Assembly: GCA_965200315.1 (NCBI GenBank)
Contig: OZ241362.1
Span: 4,096,001 to 4,160,000, forward strand
Reading direction: 5' to 3'
DNA from: Candidatus Latescibacterota bacterium
GTDB taxonomy: Bacteria > Latescibacterota > UBA2968 > UBA8231
Length of the DNA: 64,000 nucleotides
Numbering within the stretch: position 1 is the first letter of the stretch; each line of letters opens with the position of its first letter. Below are positions 9,135 through 19,338 of this stretch, piece after piece. A program made the position numbers and the translations under genes. The notes beneath the pieces were generated by a model. The model had not been told where the DNA came from. It saw only the letters and a program-made list of their open reading frames with translations, and ran no database searches.

Positions 9135-10394
9135 TTAGCTCCACAAGCGGTCGTGGGGCCGCTCGTCGTTCCACTCCTCGGTGGGGCCGAACAGCTCCGG
9201 CTGCTCTGGCTCGGCAAACGACCTCAGCACTTCTTCGTTGAGGCCGCTAAAGCCCAGCCCCGGCCCCTCCGGCACTGCAATATGCCCGTCTTCAATCAGG
9301 GGCACCGGCAAGCCCTCGACCAAGCTGCTCCACTGCTCTAGCTGATCGACCGAGTGGTTTTCGAGCACCATGAAGTTTTCGGTCGCGGCGGCGCAATGCA
9401 CCGAAGCTAGTGCCGCCACTGGCGACATGGCCATGTGCAGCGCGAGGGCAATACCGTGCTCCTGCGCTAGATCGCCGATCTTTTTGGTCTCGAGAATCCC
9501 GCCGGAAGAGGCCAAGTCCGGGTGGGCGACGGCAATGGCGCGCCGTTCAAAGAGGGGCCGGAAGTTTTCCTTGAGATAGATGTCCTCGCCCGTGCATACG
9601 GGCGTATCCACGGCCTCGGCGAGCCGCTGCCACTGGTCGGCCAACTGCCAGGGGATCATGTCCTCGTACCAAGCTAGGCTGAACTGATCTAGGGCCTTGC
9701 CCAAGCGGATGCAGGACTCGACGCCAAGGTGGCCAAAGTGATCGACGGCGAGGGGGATTTCATAGCCGATCACCTCGCGCACTTGCGCCACGTATTTGCA
9801 GAGGATATCAATGCCCTTGTTGGTAATCTGGATCCCCGTAAATGGGTGCATAATGTCGCGGCTTTCCAACATACCCGGCGGGGCGACCAGCGCGTCTGCG
9901 ACCCCCCCCAGCAACCCAATGCCGACGTCCATTTTGAGGAATTTGAAACCCTGCTCCATCCGCTCCTTGAGCAACTGCCCCATCTCGCGGCCGTCGCGCC
10001 GCGTGGGGGTATCGCAGTAACAGAGAATGCGGTCGCGGAACTTGCCGCCGGCCAGTTGGTAGGCCGGCACATTATAGGCTTTGCCTGCTAGGTCCATCAG
10101 TGCCATCTCGACGCCGCAGACGCCGCCGGCTTGGCGCGCGTGGTGGCCAAATTGTTTGATCTTGCGGAAGAGCTTATCGACGTTGCAGGGGTTTTCGCCG
10201 AGCAAGCGGCTTTTGAGCATTAGCGCGTAGGTCGGGCTGCCGCCATCGCGCACCTCGCCGTAGCCAGAAAGGCCCTGATTGGTGTCGATGCGGATAATCG
10301 TCGCCCGGAACGGCGCACCGCGCACATTGGCGACGCGCATATCCGTGATCTTCAGTTCCGCAGGTCGGGAGTGCGTATTCACGTTTTCTTCCAT
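9135..10394 (-). CDS. Mandelate racemase/muconate lactonizing enzyme family (acid-sugar dehydratase-like)
   Basis: KITDMR...GYGE, DLAGKAYNVPAYQLAGG, KxKxD, metal ligands D-H, WYED, TGED; start could extend to 10436. Confidence 0.92.
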   Translation of the reverse strand: MEENVNTHSRPAELKITDMRVANVRGAPFRATIIRIDTNQGLSGYGEVRDGGSPTYALMLKSRLLGENPCNVDKLFRKIKQFGHHARQAGGVCGVEMALMDLAGKAYNVPAYQLAGGKFRDRILCYCDTPTRRDGREMGQLLKERMEQGFKFLKMDVGIGLLGGVADALVAPPGMLESRDIMHPFTGIQITNKGIDILCKYVAQVREVIGYEIPLAVDHFGHLGVESCIRLGKALDQFSLAWYEDMIPWQLADQWQRLAEAVDTPVCTGEDIYLKENFRPLFERRAIAVAHPDLASSGGILETKKIGDLAQEHGIALALHMAMSPVAALASVHCAAATENFMVLENHSVDQLEQWSSLVEGLPVPLIEDGHIAVPEGPGLGFSGLNEEVLRSFAEPEQPELFGPTEEWNDERPHDRLWS

Positions 10395-10478
10395 TCTTGT
10401 CTCCGTTTTCGTTGGATGTATTTTAGGAGCTTTCAATGATATCCCGCCCGCATTTTTCCGTCAACTTAGGAGACCGAT

Positions 10479-11261
10479 ATGAAGCTGAAGGACAGAGTGG
10501 CCCTCATCACCGGTGGCAGCAGCGGCATTGGCCGGGCTGCGGCCGTGGCCATGGCCCGCGAAGGAGCCAACATCGCGCTGACGGCCCGCCGCTCCGAGCG
10601 CTGCGAGGAAGCTGTCGCCGAAATCGAAGGACTAGGCGGCCAAGCGCTGGCTCTGCCCGGCGATGTGGCTAACGCCGAGCACGTCGCCGGGCTGGTGGCC
10701 GCCACCGTTGAGCGTTGGGGCCGCCTCGACATCGCGGTGCCCAACGCCGGCATCAACGGAGTTTTCGCCCCCATCGAGGACATCACGCCCGAGGAATGGG
10801 ACCAGACCCACAACATCAACGTGCGCGGCACCTTCCTCACCGTTAAATACGCCATCCCCCACCTGCGCGCGGCCGGCCGCGGCAGCATAGTCATCGTCTC
10901 CTCGGTCAACGGCAACCGCATCTTCTCCAACTTTGGCTTCACCTCGTATTCCTGCTCCAAGGCCGCTCAAGTTACCTTCGCCAAAATGGCCGCGGTCGAA
11001 CTGGCGCAGTGGGACATCCGCATCAACGTCGTCTGCCCTGGCGCCACCCGAACCAGCATCGGCGAGAACACTTTTCCGCGCAACATCGCCCAGATTCGCA
11101 TCCCCCGCGAGTTCCCCCAAGGCATGATCCCCCTACAACAACGCGCCGCCAGTGCCGAGGAGGTGGCCAACGCCATCGTCTTTTTGGCGTCGGACGAGGC
11201 TAGCTACATCACGGGAACTGAGATGTACGTAGATGGGGCGCTGTCGCTGTTTCAAGGGTGA
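10479..11261 (+). CDS. Short-chain dehydrogenase/reductase
   Basis: TGGSSGIG, NAG, YSCSK, NVVCPG, SYITG. Confidence 0.95.
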   Translation: MKLKDRVALITGGSSGIGRAAAVAMAREGANIALTARRSERCEEAVAEIEGLGGQALALPGDVANAEHVAGLVAATVERWGRLDIAVPNAGINGVFAPIEDITPEEWDQTHNINVRGTFLTVKYAIPHLRAAGRGSIVIVSSVNGNRIFSNFGFTSYSCSKAAQVTFAKMAAVELAQWDIRINVVCPGATRTSIGENTFPRNIAQIRIPREFPQGMIPLQQRAASAEEVANAIVFLASDEASYITGTEMYVDGALSLFQG

Positions 11262-11307
11262 GGGCGGCCACTGCACAGAACCGGAACACAACTTAGGGAT
11301 CGACTAA

Positions 11308-12225
11308 ATGTGCAACACAAACGTTGGCATCTTGGCGACCCTACTCGTGCTATCAAGTGCCTGTCTGGCCGCAGCAAGAGTCGCGCCCCGCACAGACGAG
11401 AGCCCAGCTTCGCACCCTCCGCTTTGCAGTAGAGCCGCAATCACGCCGCCTTGGATTTCCCAACCGCTGGAACAGAATTTACCAAGACGCGGTTTTGTCC
11501 TTCAACGAAGAAACGGTCCGCGCACAGAGTCGCCGCGTCGAAAGCCTTTGCTGCCAGCGACCATTTTTATGACTTCAACGACGAGGCTGCGCACATCTTG
11601 GACGACTGGTTCACAGTCGCCGACCAAGATGGGATACGCCAGCATCACTTGGTAGAAGTTAAACGCGTTCTGTCGGGATTAACGCCCGAACGGGCGGCCA
11701 GCTATGCCCAGTTGAGGGCCTATAACCGCGTCTTCTTCCTCATCTTTCGCGGTATCGTGAACCGCGATCAGGGCTTTATGGACGCCCTCGGTCGGGACCC
11801 GGACATCGTCGACATCCTGTTGCAAGCTACTGGCTACGATTTTCTCTATCCAGACAATGAGTACCTGCTGGAAAACGCCATCCGAGAGCTCGGGAGGTTG
11901 GCCACAGTAGATGCTCTCGAAGACGCCGTCATCGCCGCTCTGCTCTCTATACTCCCCAAGCACGAGCGTCTCAGTGGGCCCTTCATGATTGTGGTAGAAA
12001 ACCTAGAAAATCGGATCAATTGCGAGACTTGGAACATCTGTCGGGACGTGCTGGAAAGTGAAATCATCGCCCGGGCCTTCCCTCATACATACGTACCGTT
12101 TCGACGATGGGGCCGTAGTGTTTGAAACGTCCCTCGGCTTGGAGACGGTGCAACCCTTGTACTACGCGGCTAAGGAGGTCAAGGCGCAGTTTCACCGATT
12201 GTTGGAAACATACAAATATGCATAT
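11308..12225 (+). pseudogene. Microbial collagenase (peptidase M9) pseudogene, frameshifted and truncated
   Basis: Signal-like start; across three frames: HFYDFNDEAAHILD, ENAIRELGRL, NCETWNIC, TYRFDDG, LYYAAKEVKAQFHRLLET; no HExxH left. Confidence 0.7.
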
Positions 12226-12579
12226 TTTAGCGTCCGTTGCGAAATGTCTTGGGGCCGCTTCTGCGGTCTGGCGGTTCCATGCGATTCGCCCGGCCTCTGC
12301 GGTGTGTTTGCTTTTGACGGGGTTGCAAGTGCCCTCGCCGTGAGATGTTCGTCTTGAGCGCGTCAGCCCTGGCGTCATTATAGCCCACTCCAGCAGATCG
12401 CGTCTAGTGGGCTGCGCCGACCAGCGGTGATTGCTCCGTATGATCTTGGCCCGGTCCTCGCTGCGGCTGCGCGGCCACTCCCCCCGCTTGCCTGTCCCGC
12501 AGGAGACGCCGGGACCTCTGCTGAGGACGGAAGAGGCCGCCCGTGTAGCGGGAGTGCCACCAAAAACAATCAGATTGCT

Positions 12580-12674
12580 ATAACGGCCACATGCCCCAAC
12601 CGACGGCAGCCCGTTTCAGGGCTTCGGAGGTGCCGCCCTTCTCGCCTTCCACATACGGTGTCTCCTGCTCCATC
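12580..12674 (-). pseudogene. Relic of a Rad52/Rad22-like (phage Sak-type) single-strand annealing protein
   Basis: Removing two single-base insertions gives DGAGDT(D)VEGEKGGTSEALKRAAVGWG(I)GRY. Confidence 0.65.
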
Positions 12675-12788
12675 CGCACACCATACTCAGCCGTCTGCGG
12701 TGCGTATCTCGACGCGGCAGATGATGCGGCTAAAAATGCGAAAACCGGCAGTCTTGCCGTCGGTGCCCAATATCCGTTTTCTTTTTTT

Positions 12789-13337
12789 ATGATCTTAACT
12801 ATCCTCGCGTCCCTGCTGTTGACGGGCTGCCGCGCCGATCCCCCCCAAGCCCTCGATTTGGCTGGCAATCCAGTTGATCCCTTTGTCAACCGCGCTCCCG
12901 TTGCGGTTTTGCTCTTCGTCCAGACCGATTGCCCCATCTCCAACCGCTACGCCCCGACCATAGCGCGTCTCCACGCCCGCTTCGAGCCGCAAGGCGTTGC
13001 ATTCTACTTGGTGTATCCCGACCGCCGCGAAGATGTGGACGCCATCCGCCGCCACGGTCGGGAATACGGCTTACCGGGCCAAGCCCTACGGGACGTGCAG
13101 CACACCCTCGTCAAAAGAGTCGGCGCGACCGCAACCCCAGAAGCCGTGGTGTTAGGTGAGCGCGGCAACATCGTCTATCGGGGCCGCATTGACGACCGCT
13201 ACACGGCCTTGGACCAAGTGCGCCCGCAGCCGACCCGCAGCGACCTCGCAAACGCCTTGGAGGCCGCCCTCGCTGGTCGCCCTCCAGACCCGAGCGCCAC
13301 CGAGGCGATTGGCTGCTTTATCGCCGATCTGCAATGA
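12789..13337 (+). CDS. Redoxin (AhpC/TSA, thioredoxin-like) lipoprotein
   Basis: Lipobox LLTGC; DCPISNRY, ATATPEA, YRGRIDD, C-terminal IGC; ATGA-coupled to the next gene. Confidence 0.88.
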   Translation: MILTILASLLLTGCRADPPQALDLAGNPVDPFVNRAPVAVLLFVQTDCPISNRYAPTIARLHARFEPQGVAFYLVYPDRREDVDAIRRHGREYGLPGQALRDVQHTLVKRVGATATPEAVVLGERGNIVYRGRIDDRYTALDQVRPQPTRSDLANALEAALAGRPPDPSATEAIGCFIADLQ

Positions 13338-15001
13338 CTCGCTGTTGGATATTCTTGGTCGCGGCCTGCTTTGGATGCAGTGGAGGAGAAGTTCCGACCT
13401 TCAACCGCGACATTGCGCCAATCGTCTTTCACAACTGCGCCCCCTGCCACCGGCCCGCCGGCCCGGCCCCTTTTGACTTGCTCAGCTATGCGGATGTGAG
13501 GGCGCGCGCCGAACAAATCGCCTTTGTTACGGAGACCCGCTACATGCCGCCGTGGAAGCCCAAGCGCGGCTACGGTAGCTTTGCCGGCGAGCGCGGATTG
13601 AGCGCGGCACAGGTCGCCGCGATCCGCCGCTGGGTTGACCACGGCAAACAGGAGGGCCATTCCGCCGACCGGCCTCCGTTGCCCCAGTGGAGGGGCGAGT
13701 GGGAGCTGGGCCAGCCCGATTTAATCGCCTCCATGACATCGCCCTACACCCTGCGGGCTGACGGCCCCGATGTCTTCCGCAACTTCGCCATCCCGCTGCC
13801 CGTTGATTCAACGCGCTACATCAAGGCTCTAGAGTTCAGGCCGGGCAACGCGCGCATCGTCCACCACGCCACCATGATGATCGACCGCAGCGGCGCGGCG
13901 CGGCAGCGCGATGGACGCGACGGGGCCCCAGGCTTTGAGGGCATGAGCTTTGGCGAGGCCGAGGACGCCGATGGGCACTTTCTCGGCTGGACCCAAGGCA
14001 AGACCCCATACCCCGGCAACGACAGCTTGGCTTGGCGGCTCAATCCGGGCACGGACTTGCTGCTGCAGTTGCATCTGTTGCCGACCGGCAAAGAGGAATC
14101 CATTGAGGCCCGCGTCGGCCTGTTCTTTGCCGATGCGCCGCCTAAAAGACGCCCGGCCATGCTGCGCTTGGGTCGCAAGGACCTAGACATACCGGCTGGG
14201 GCGAGCGACTATTGGATCCGCGATACGTATCTGCTGCCTGTGGATGTCGAAATCCTGACCATCTACCCACACGCGCATTACCTCGGCCGGGAAATTCGGG
14301 CGTACGCCGAGTTGCCCAACCAAGAGCGGGAGTGGCTTATATGGATTGAGGACTGGGATTTTAGCTGGCAGGACGACTACCGATTCGCCTCGCCCGTTTT
14401 CTTGCCGGCTGGCTCGACGCTGGTCATGGAATACGCGTACGACAATTCCGCGCAAAACCCGCGCAACCCCCACGACCCACCCGTGCGGGTGCGCTATGGG
14501 CTGCACTCGACCGACGAGATGGGCGATCTGACGCTACAGATTTTGCCGCGCCGCCCCGAGGACTTAGCGCGACTCCGCCGCGACTTTTACCGCAAGTGGC
14601 TGGGGCAGGAAATCGACGGGTACAAGAAGCTGCTCGAAGCCGACCTTCGAGACTGGGACACCCACCACACCTTGGCCATGTTCTACATGCGCTCCGGCCA
14701 GCGTCCGTTGGCGCTGGAGCACTTTGAGTTGGCACTGGAATACAACCCGGACTACCCGGAGGCTCATGTGAACTTTGGGATTGCCCTAGCCCAAGGCCGC
14801 CAATGGGAGCGGGCCGTCGCCCATTTTGAACGGGCCTTGCAGCGCAGCCCCGATTTTGCCGCGGCCCATTTCAACCTAGGATTGGTATTGGAGATGATGG
14901 GCCGCTCGGCCGAGGCCAAACCCCACTTCGACGCCGTCATCCGCCAGCGGCCCGACGTGGCTGCGGCCATCCAACAGCGCTTGGCCAAGCTGCGTCGCTA
15001 G
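13334..15001 (+). CDS. Cytochrome c + copper type II monooxygenase-like (PHM/DBH fold) + TPR lipoprotein
   Basis: CAPCH heme motif with MPPW; VHH, PHAH and DEM copper-site motifs; C-terminal TPRs. Confidence 0.8.
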   Translation: MTRCWIFLVAACFGCSGGEVPTFNRDIAPIVFHNCAPCHRPAGPAPFDLLSYADVRARAEQIAFVTETRYMPPWKPKRGYGSFAGERGLSAAQVAAIRRWVDHGKQEGHSADRPPLPQWRGEWELGQPDLIASMTSPYTLRADGPDVFRNFAIPLPVDSTRYIKALEFRPGNARIVHHATMMIDRSGAARQRDGRDGAPGFEGMSFGEAEDADGHFLGWTQGKTPYPGNDSLAWRLNPGTDLLLQLHLLPTGKEESIEARVGLFFADAPPKRRPAMLRLGRKDLDIPAGASDYWIRDTYLLPVDVEILTIYPHAHYLGREIRAYAELPNQEREWLIWIEDWDFSWQDDYRFASPVFLPAGSTLVMEYAYDNSAQNPRNPHDPPVRVRYGLHSTDEMGDLTLQILPRRPEDLARLRRDFYRKWLGQEIDGYKKLLEADLRDWDTHHTLAMFYMRSGQRPLALEHFELALEYNPDYPEAHVNFGIALAQGRQWERAVAHFERALQRSPDFAAAHFNLGLVLEMMGRSAEAKPHFDAVIRQRPDVAAAIQQRLAKLRR

Positions 15002-15861
15002 CCCCCGTCTTTTCCCAACGTCGTTGCGAATCCCAAGACGAGCTGCCGCCCGGCCGGAAAATTGCGCCCGTTGAGCGAGACGCGCACGGCCGCCTCAACC
15101 GTTGTGCGCTGGCCGATGGCGTAGAGCAGGGCTGGCGTCAGGTAGGTGATGCGTTTGATCTCGGCCTCAATACCGCCAAAGACGATCGCCGGACGGCTGC
15201 GGAGCACCTCGCATTTGCCCAGCAGCACGAGCTGGCGCACGAGCCGGTAGCCTATCTCGGCGTTGAGGAACCACTCGTCGCCGGGGTCGCGGTCGATCTG
15301 TTCGTTGCGGGTGCGGACGCGATAGCCGAGGTCGATGTTGCCGTACAGGGGCCGCGGCCAAAAGGAGCGCCCGACCTGCCCGACGAAGTCGAAATCCCAC
15401 TGCCCCTCGCCCACCGGAATCAGCCCATCTTCGTTTTTGAACTCTCCGGTTGGCACCTTAACGCCGGCCTTGAGCGCGAGGACCAAGGGCTGGGCCAAGA
15501 GGCGCAATTTGGCCAAGGCGCGGATGTCGCTCAGGCCGGTGTCCGTGCGGGGTTCGGCAAACGCGACGTTGGCAAAAGACTGGTCGAAATAGGGAACCTG
15601 CAAGCCAAGGTCTAGGCGGTCGGTGACGCCGTATAGGCCCTCGAAAAAGACGGCCCGCGATTCGTATTGCCCGTCAAAGTCGTAGCGGGCGCGGGTGCCG
15701 GGCGCACCAAAGCGACCCTTGCCGACGTACCACTCTTGGGTGCGCTGCTGGAAATAGGTGAGCTTGCTCCAGACTTGGCCTCGCGGCAAAGTCCAAGCGC
15801 CGGCACCCACATCGGCTGCCGCACCTAGGAGTATCAAGCCGACCAACAGGTATTTGACCAT
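14998..15861 (-). CDS. Secreted / outer-membrane beta-barrel-like hypothetical protein
   Basis: Signal peptide, AWTLPRG, YGVTDRLDLG, GVKVPTG, alternating beta-strand pattern. Confidence 0.75.
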   Translation of the reverse strand: MVKYLLVGLILLGAAADVGAGAWTLPRGQVWSKLTYFQQRTQEWYVGKGRFGAPGTRARYDFDGQYESRAVFFEGLYGVTDRLDLGLQVPYFDQSFANVAFAEPRTDTGLSDIRALAKLRLLAQPLVLALKAGVKVPTGEFKNEDGLIPVGEGQWDFDFVGQVGRSFWPRPLYGNIDLGYRVRTRNEQIDRDPGDEWFLNAEIGYRLVRQLVLLGKCEVLRSRPAIVFGGIEAEIKRITYLTPALLYAIGQRTTVEAAVRVSLNGRNFPAGRQLVLGFATTLGKDGG

Positions 15862-16052
15862 AGCCGCATTCCTTTCGCGTGTTAGGTTCGCGGTTTCCTC
15901 AGAAGCGGTCTAAATGGTTGGTGCCCTCTGCCGAGGGGCGCGGTAAAGCCCGATTGCGCGGTTTACCGGAAGGCCGCGAATAGCTATTTTCAAGTGGAGT
16001 GCAACGTTCCTTTTCACGTCGCTAGACGACAATACCTTGGGAGAGATTTTCT

Positions 16053-17105
16053 ATGAATACCGTTCCTTTTGAAAAGCTAGGGCCGGGGCAATCGGGGCGG
16101 CTGGCCTATCAGGTGATGGGCCAAGACGGGCCGATTTTCAACCCGCAGAACATTCGCTATCTGTCGCCAGAGGCTGCCGGTATGCAGGTTGGCTCTACGG
16201 CAGGGACCGCGGGCTTACAGACGGGCTTGGCCGGGGCTAACCTCGTGTGTTCCGTGCTGAATCTAGCCGTTTCTGCGTACATCGCACGTCGAGTGAATGC
16301 CTTACACAAAAAGATGGACGTGATGCAAGAAACCCTGGATCGCATTGAAAGTAAGGTTGATTACATCGTACAGAAGGTGGACCGAATAGACATACAAGTG
16401 GCCGAAAACAACTTGCGACACGCTTTAGAATATACACTTCAACAGGCAGTATATGGCGAAGAGGTGGACTTGACCATTCTCGCAGGGCTATGCGGTGATT
16501 TCCGTAAGTTTAAAGCCTCATTGCCCGCGGAATGGCTCTTACTCAACTTTGGTCTTTACCTTTCTAGCGACATCCGGGACCGGCTCCGACAAATCTACGA
16601 CCTCGCTTATGGGCTTCGGAAAGTGGTTGCTCAGCGGTACAATGCTGCTGTTGATGGTGATCCAGAACGCATTGTCATCGTGGATCCGCCTAGGGATTAC
16701 CTTTGTTGTCTTGGTCCCGGGCCGCATAGCGGTCTTGCTAACGGTACCAAAATGGCAATGCATCTTGTTACTTCCTCTCGAGTCCCTCGTAAGCGATCCG
16801 AAGAGATACAAGAGTTTCTTACGTCCGATGGATTGAGCTTTCTTTATTCTCAGCGTTATCTTCCGGCGCAGCCTTTTATGATATTCGGGAATGTAGAAGA
16901 AGATATAGCAGAAGGACTGTACGACCTCTGTCGTGCTTGGCTCTATCGCTCCGACGCGGGACTGCTCTGGCGGACGTGGTCGGAGTTGGGTGCAATGAAG
17001 GACGGCTATCATTCGTGGTGCTGGCCCCAATTGCAAGAAGCTGATCTATGCGGCTTCGACCAGATCGACGTTACCTGCGACCTCGCGCTCATTGAAAATG
17101 CCTGA
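16053..17105 (+). CDS. Hypothetical protein with hydrophobic helix and coiled coil, lower GC
   Basis: 350-aa ORF with RBS; SVLNLAVS helix then heptads MQETLDRIESKVDYIVQKVDRID. Confidence 0.75.
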   Translation: MNTVPFEKLGPGQSGRLAYQVMGQDGPIFNPQNIRYLSPEAAGMQVGSTAGTAGLQTGLAGANLVCSVLNLAVSAYIARRVNALHKKMDVMQETLDRIESKVDYIVQKVDRIDIQVAENNLRHALEYTLQQAVYGEEVDLTILAGLCGDFRKFKASLPAEWLLLNFGLYLSSDIRDRLRQIYDLAYGLRKVVAQRYNAAVDGDPERIVIVDPPRDYLCCLGPGPHSGLANGTKMAMHLVTSSRVPRKRSEEIQEFLTSDGLSFLYSQRYLPAQPFMIFGNVEEDIAEGLYDLCRAWLYRSDAGLLWRTWSELGAMKDGYHSWCWPQLQEADLCGFDQIDVTCDLALIENA

Positions 17106-17117
17106 GCGCGTCAATAC

Positions 17118-18401
17118 GTGCATATCCTCACTTTAGGCATCAACCACCGCACCGCGCCGGTGGAAATCCGCGAGCGGCTGGCCTTCCCCGAAAGCGACCA
17201 GCCCTCGGCCCTAGCCCGGCTCGTCGGCGACTATGGGCTGCACGAAGCGGCCATTCTCTCCACCTGCAACCGGTCCGAGCTGTACTTAGCGGCCGATGGC
17301 GACAGCGGATTGGCCCAAGTGCGCCGCTTTCTCGCCGAATGCCAAGGCGTAGATGTCGCAACGCTCGAATCCCACTTCTACCAGCTCAACGACTCAGACG
17401 CGGCCGTTCATCTTTTTCGCGTGGCCAGCGGCATTGACTCCCTCGTCGTCGGCGAGTCCCAGATCCTCGGGCAGGTGCGCCGCGCATTGGAATTGGCCCA
17501 GCAAAACGGCTCGGCGCGCCTGTTGCTCAACGAGCTTTTCCAACGCTCACTGCGCGTGGGCAAGCGCGCGCGCGCCGAAACGGATATTGGCCGCGGCCGG
17601 CTGTCGATTGGCACGGCTGCGGTCGAGCTGGCCGGCCAAGTCTTTGAAAATCTGACGGGCTGCGGCGTGCTCTTGGTCGGTGCTGGCGAGATGGGTGCGC
17701 TCACGGCCCAGTACTTGATTGACTCCGGCGTCGAGCGGCTGTTGGTAAGCAGCCGCACCTTTGCCCGCTCCCAGTCGCTGGCCAGCCAGTTGGGCGGCGA
17801 GGCCGTGCCCTTTGAGGAACTAGCCGCTCAGCTTGCCACTGTTGACATCGTCATCTCGGCGACTGCGGCCGCGGATTACGTCATCCGCCCCGCTGATTTG
17901 CGCCGGGCTATGGAGCAACGCCGAGGACGCCCGCTGTTCCTCATCGACATTGCCGTGCCGCGCGACATTGACCCGGCCGTACGCGACATCGACAACGTAT
18001 TCCTGTTCGACATGGACAATCTCGAACAAGTGGTTGCTGCCAACCGCCAAGAGCGCGAGGGAGAGATCCGCTGCGTACAAGCCATTATTGACCACGAGCT
18101 AAAGGAGTTTTTGCACTGGTTCAATGCCTTGGGCACTGGTCCGTTAATCCGCTCTTTGCGCGCGCGCGCCGCTCGTCTCCAAGAACAAGAGCTCGCGCGC
18201 TGGGCCGCCCAACTCGGTCCGCTCTCCGCGGCTGAGCGTCAGCTCGTCGAGGGCATCTTGCGCGGTTACGCCAACAAGCTCCTGCACGATCCGCTCGTGC
18301 AGATCCGCGAATTCGCCAACGACGACGAAGGCTATGTCCGCCTCGATACGGTGCGTCGCCTCTTCCGGCTCGACGACGAGGCCGGGGAGAAAGAATCGTG
18401 A
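17118..18401 (+). CDS. hemA: Glutamyl-tRNA reductase
   Basis: GINHRTAPVEIRE, LSTCNRSE, GIDSLVVGESQILGQ, GAGEMG, DIAVPRDID. Confidence 0.97.
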   Translation: MHILTLGINHRTAPVEIRERLAFPESDQPSALARLVGDYGLHEAAILSTCNRSELYLAADGDSGLAQVRRFLAECQGVDVATLESHFYQLNDSDAAVHLFRVASGIDSLVVGESQILGQVRRALELAQQNGSARLLLNELFQRSLRVGKRARAETDIGRGRLSIGTAAVELAGQVFENLTGCGVLLVGAGEMGALTAQYLIDSGVERLLVSSRTFARSQSLASQLGGEAVPFEELAAQLATVDIVISATAAADYVIRPADLRRAMEQRRGRPLFLIDIAVPRDIDPAVRDIDNVFLFDMDNLEQVVAANRQEREGEIRCVQAIIDHELKEFLHWFNALGTGPLIRSLRARAARLQEQELARWAAQLGPLSAAERQLVEGILRGYANKLLHDPLVQIREFANDDEGYVRLDTVRRLFRLDDEAGEKES

Positions 18402-19210
18402 CGACGTTCTGCATTGTCTCTCTCGCCATCGCCTTGGCGTTCTACTTGGCTGCCGCGCTGCTGTTTCAAGGGCACTTCCTCTGGCACAAAAGCGGCTGGG
18501 ACGCGCTGGGGCGCAAGAGCCTAAAGTTGGGTCTGGCCGTACACGCGATCAGCATAGTGCTGCACTTCGCGCTTTCCGGCCAAGCCCTCTTCGCCAATAT
18601 GTTGGTGGTCATCGCCTCGCTGGTCATGGCCTTGGTGGTTGCGGGCCTGCTCGGCGAGCGCTATGTGCGCATTCGCCACCTCGGCCTGCTGACCGCGCCC
18701 CTCGCCTTTCTCGGCCTGCTCTATCCGCTGCTGATGCCCATCCGCTTTGAGGAGGCCGAGTCGATCCTCGTGGAATATCCCTTCCTCGGCATCCACGTGG
18801 TCCTAACGCTGCTCGGGCACGTGGGTTTTGCCTTGGCGTTCTGCTCGGCGGTCGGCTACCTCGTCCAACACCAAGCCCTAAAAAAGGGCCGGCTCAACAG
18901 CTATCTGCCCGCACTCGACACGGCTGCCGCGGCGACCTTTCGCTTTGCTGGCGGCGGCTTTTCGCTCTTTACCTTGGGTTTGGGCATGGGCGCGATTTGG
19001 TTCTTTGGCGCGCCGGGCGAACACCTCGCGGGCGGAGATACCAAAATCTGGCTGGCCCTGCCGACGTGGTTCGTTTTTGGCATCTATCTCTATTTGCGCG
19101 GCATTGGCCGGCGGCACGGCCGCCGTCTCAAGTGGTTGGTGATTGCGGGGTTTGTGCTGGGGCTGATCAACCTGCTGTGGGTGCGCCACGATTTCGTCAA
19201 TTTTGTGTAG
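18398..19210 (+). CDS. Cytochrome c assembly family membrane protein (CcsA/HemX-like)
   Basis: About 8 TMs, IHV, LPAL, DTKIW; GTGA-coupled to hemA. Confidence 0.85.
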   Translation: MTTFCIVSLAIALAFYLAAALLFQGHFLWHKSGWDALGRKSLKLGLAVHAISIVLHFALSGQALFANMLVVIASLVMALVVAGLLGERYVRIRHLGLLTAPLAFLGLLYPLLMPIRFEEAESILVEYPFLGIHVVLTLLGHVGFALAFCSAVGYLVQHQALKKGRLNSYLPALDTAAAATFRFAGGGFSLFTLGLGMGAIWFFGAPGEHLAGGDTKIWLALPTWFVFGIYLYLRGIGRRHGRRLKWLVIAGFVLGLINLLWVRHDFVNFV

Positions 19211-19338
19211 GTGCGCTGCCGAAAAAGCCGGAACCGATACGCTCTATTTGGTTGTAGGTTTGCAATTTATGTTTTTTTCTTCTATAAGTACACCGAACAA
19301 CCCCTTACTCTATTTTACTTTGATAAAGGAGCTACGTT

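Noticed and set aside
12228-12360. IS end truncating the collagenase
   Set aside because: The composition break is visible but no partner inverted repeat or transposase could be identified.
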